DNA from: a virus
UHGV virus genome: UHGV-0207246
Strand: one strand, 5' to 3'
Length of the DNA stretch: 44,163 nucleotides
A program made the translations under genes and the position numbers. Below, piece after piece: positions 43,845 to 44,163 of the stretch. Position 1 is the first letter of the stretch; the number at the start of each line of letters is the position of its first letter. The notes beneath the pieces are model-generated. The model had not been told where the DNA came from, made no database searches, and saw only the letters and a program-made list of their open reading frames with translations.

Positions 43845-43898
43845 ACTATTTATTTACGTATTCCAGTTATTCCACCGAATTGTAAATGTTAGAATAAA

Positions 43899-43912
43899 CT
43901 ATTCGAATAGTT
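43899..43912. repeat. perfect 14-bp palindrome ACTATTCGAATAGT abutting a -35 element
   Basis: Uses the same CTATT/AATAG pentamer found in the promoter families. Confidence 0.7.
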
Positions 43913-43939
43913 GACTTTTCACTAAAAATATGATAAGCT
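43911..43939 (+). promoter_or_regulatory. rightward promoter (TTGACT-17-TAAGCT with TGn extended -10)
   Basis: TTGACTTTTCACTAAAAATATGATAAGCT. Confidence 0.45.
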
Positions 43940-43945
43940 CCACCT

Positions 43946-44147
43946 GAGCTTGTGAAGTATGAACAAGCGACCGCGGCGCGGGCAGGTAACGGAGCGGGAC
44001 GTAAGTCCTGAGTGTAGTTACGCTGACGCGTTCGGAAGGGCCATACTCTATTGCTTGTGTAAAAAGTAACTGGTTTACTGAGATTACGCCGTTTCTATGT
44101 TTAAATGATAAGGACTAGCGCCCCGCTTTAAGGCGGGGCTTTACTTA
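43946..44147 (+). ncRNA. candidate non-coding transcript or structured leader (about 200 nt)
   Basis: No ORF over 10 codons between promoter 43911-43939 and terminator 44120-44147. Confidence 0.3.
44120..44147 (+). terminator. rho-independent terminator/attenuator upstream of the spanin RBS
   Basis: GCCCCGCT-TTAA-GGCGGGGC then TTTACTT. Confidence 0.55.
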
Positions 44148-44163
44148 TCGAGAAAGGAGAAAC

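Noticed and set aside
1-44163. CRISPR arrays, integrase/attachment sites, tRNA or rRNA genes
   Set aside because: No regularly spaced direct repeats, no tyrosine/serine recombinase-like ORF and no convincing cloverleaf found on manual inspection; the genome appears to be a strictly lytic phage without these features

Overview
The window reads as a complete or near-complete genome of a lytic tailed phage (siphovirus-like, about 44 kb, roughly 50% GC), apparently linearised at an arbitrary point: a Shine-Dalgarno at the very 3' end (AAGGAGA, 44154-44160) sits 3 nt before the ATG at position 1. All identifications are from manual reading of the ORF track and sequence; no database search was run. 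Layout: (1) 1-620 spanin-like pair; (2) 718-18471 plus-strand morphogenesis module (scaffold, capsid, Ig-like protein, connector/neck, major tail, chaperone pair with candidate -1 frameshift, tape measure, gpM/L/K/J-like tail tip, beta-helix tailspike), interrupted at 6679-8428 by a minus-strand island; (3) 18503-29963 minus-strand replication module (SNF2 helicase, VRR-NUC, HNH homing endonuclease, family A DNA polymerase, SSB-like, Cas4-like nuclease, acidic protein, primase/helicase, small HTH regulators); (4) 29964-30445 control region with divergent promoters and a promoter-to-terminator non-coding unit; (5) 30446-35180 early small genes (two DUF551 paralogs, AP2-like protein, HslV-like peptidase) and a lysis cassette (two membrane proteins, GH24 endolysin); (6) 35530-43788 small genes, terS, terL, portal and a Mu F-like head morphogenesis gene. 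The most unusual feature is in that last gene: a 298-codon intein whose interior is occupied, on the opposite strand and in exact codon register, by a gene for a tandem-HTH plus DUF559 (Vsr-like) endonuclease with its own promoter and ribosome-binding site. Other notable points are two families of near-identical promoters sharing an AATAG-N4-CTATT inverted repeat, early-type promoters driving isolated opposite-strand genes inside the late region, and many short ORFs joined by ATGA overlaps that fall below the ORF-track threshold.
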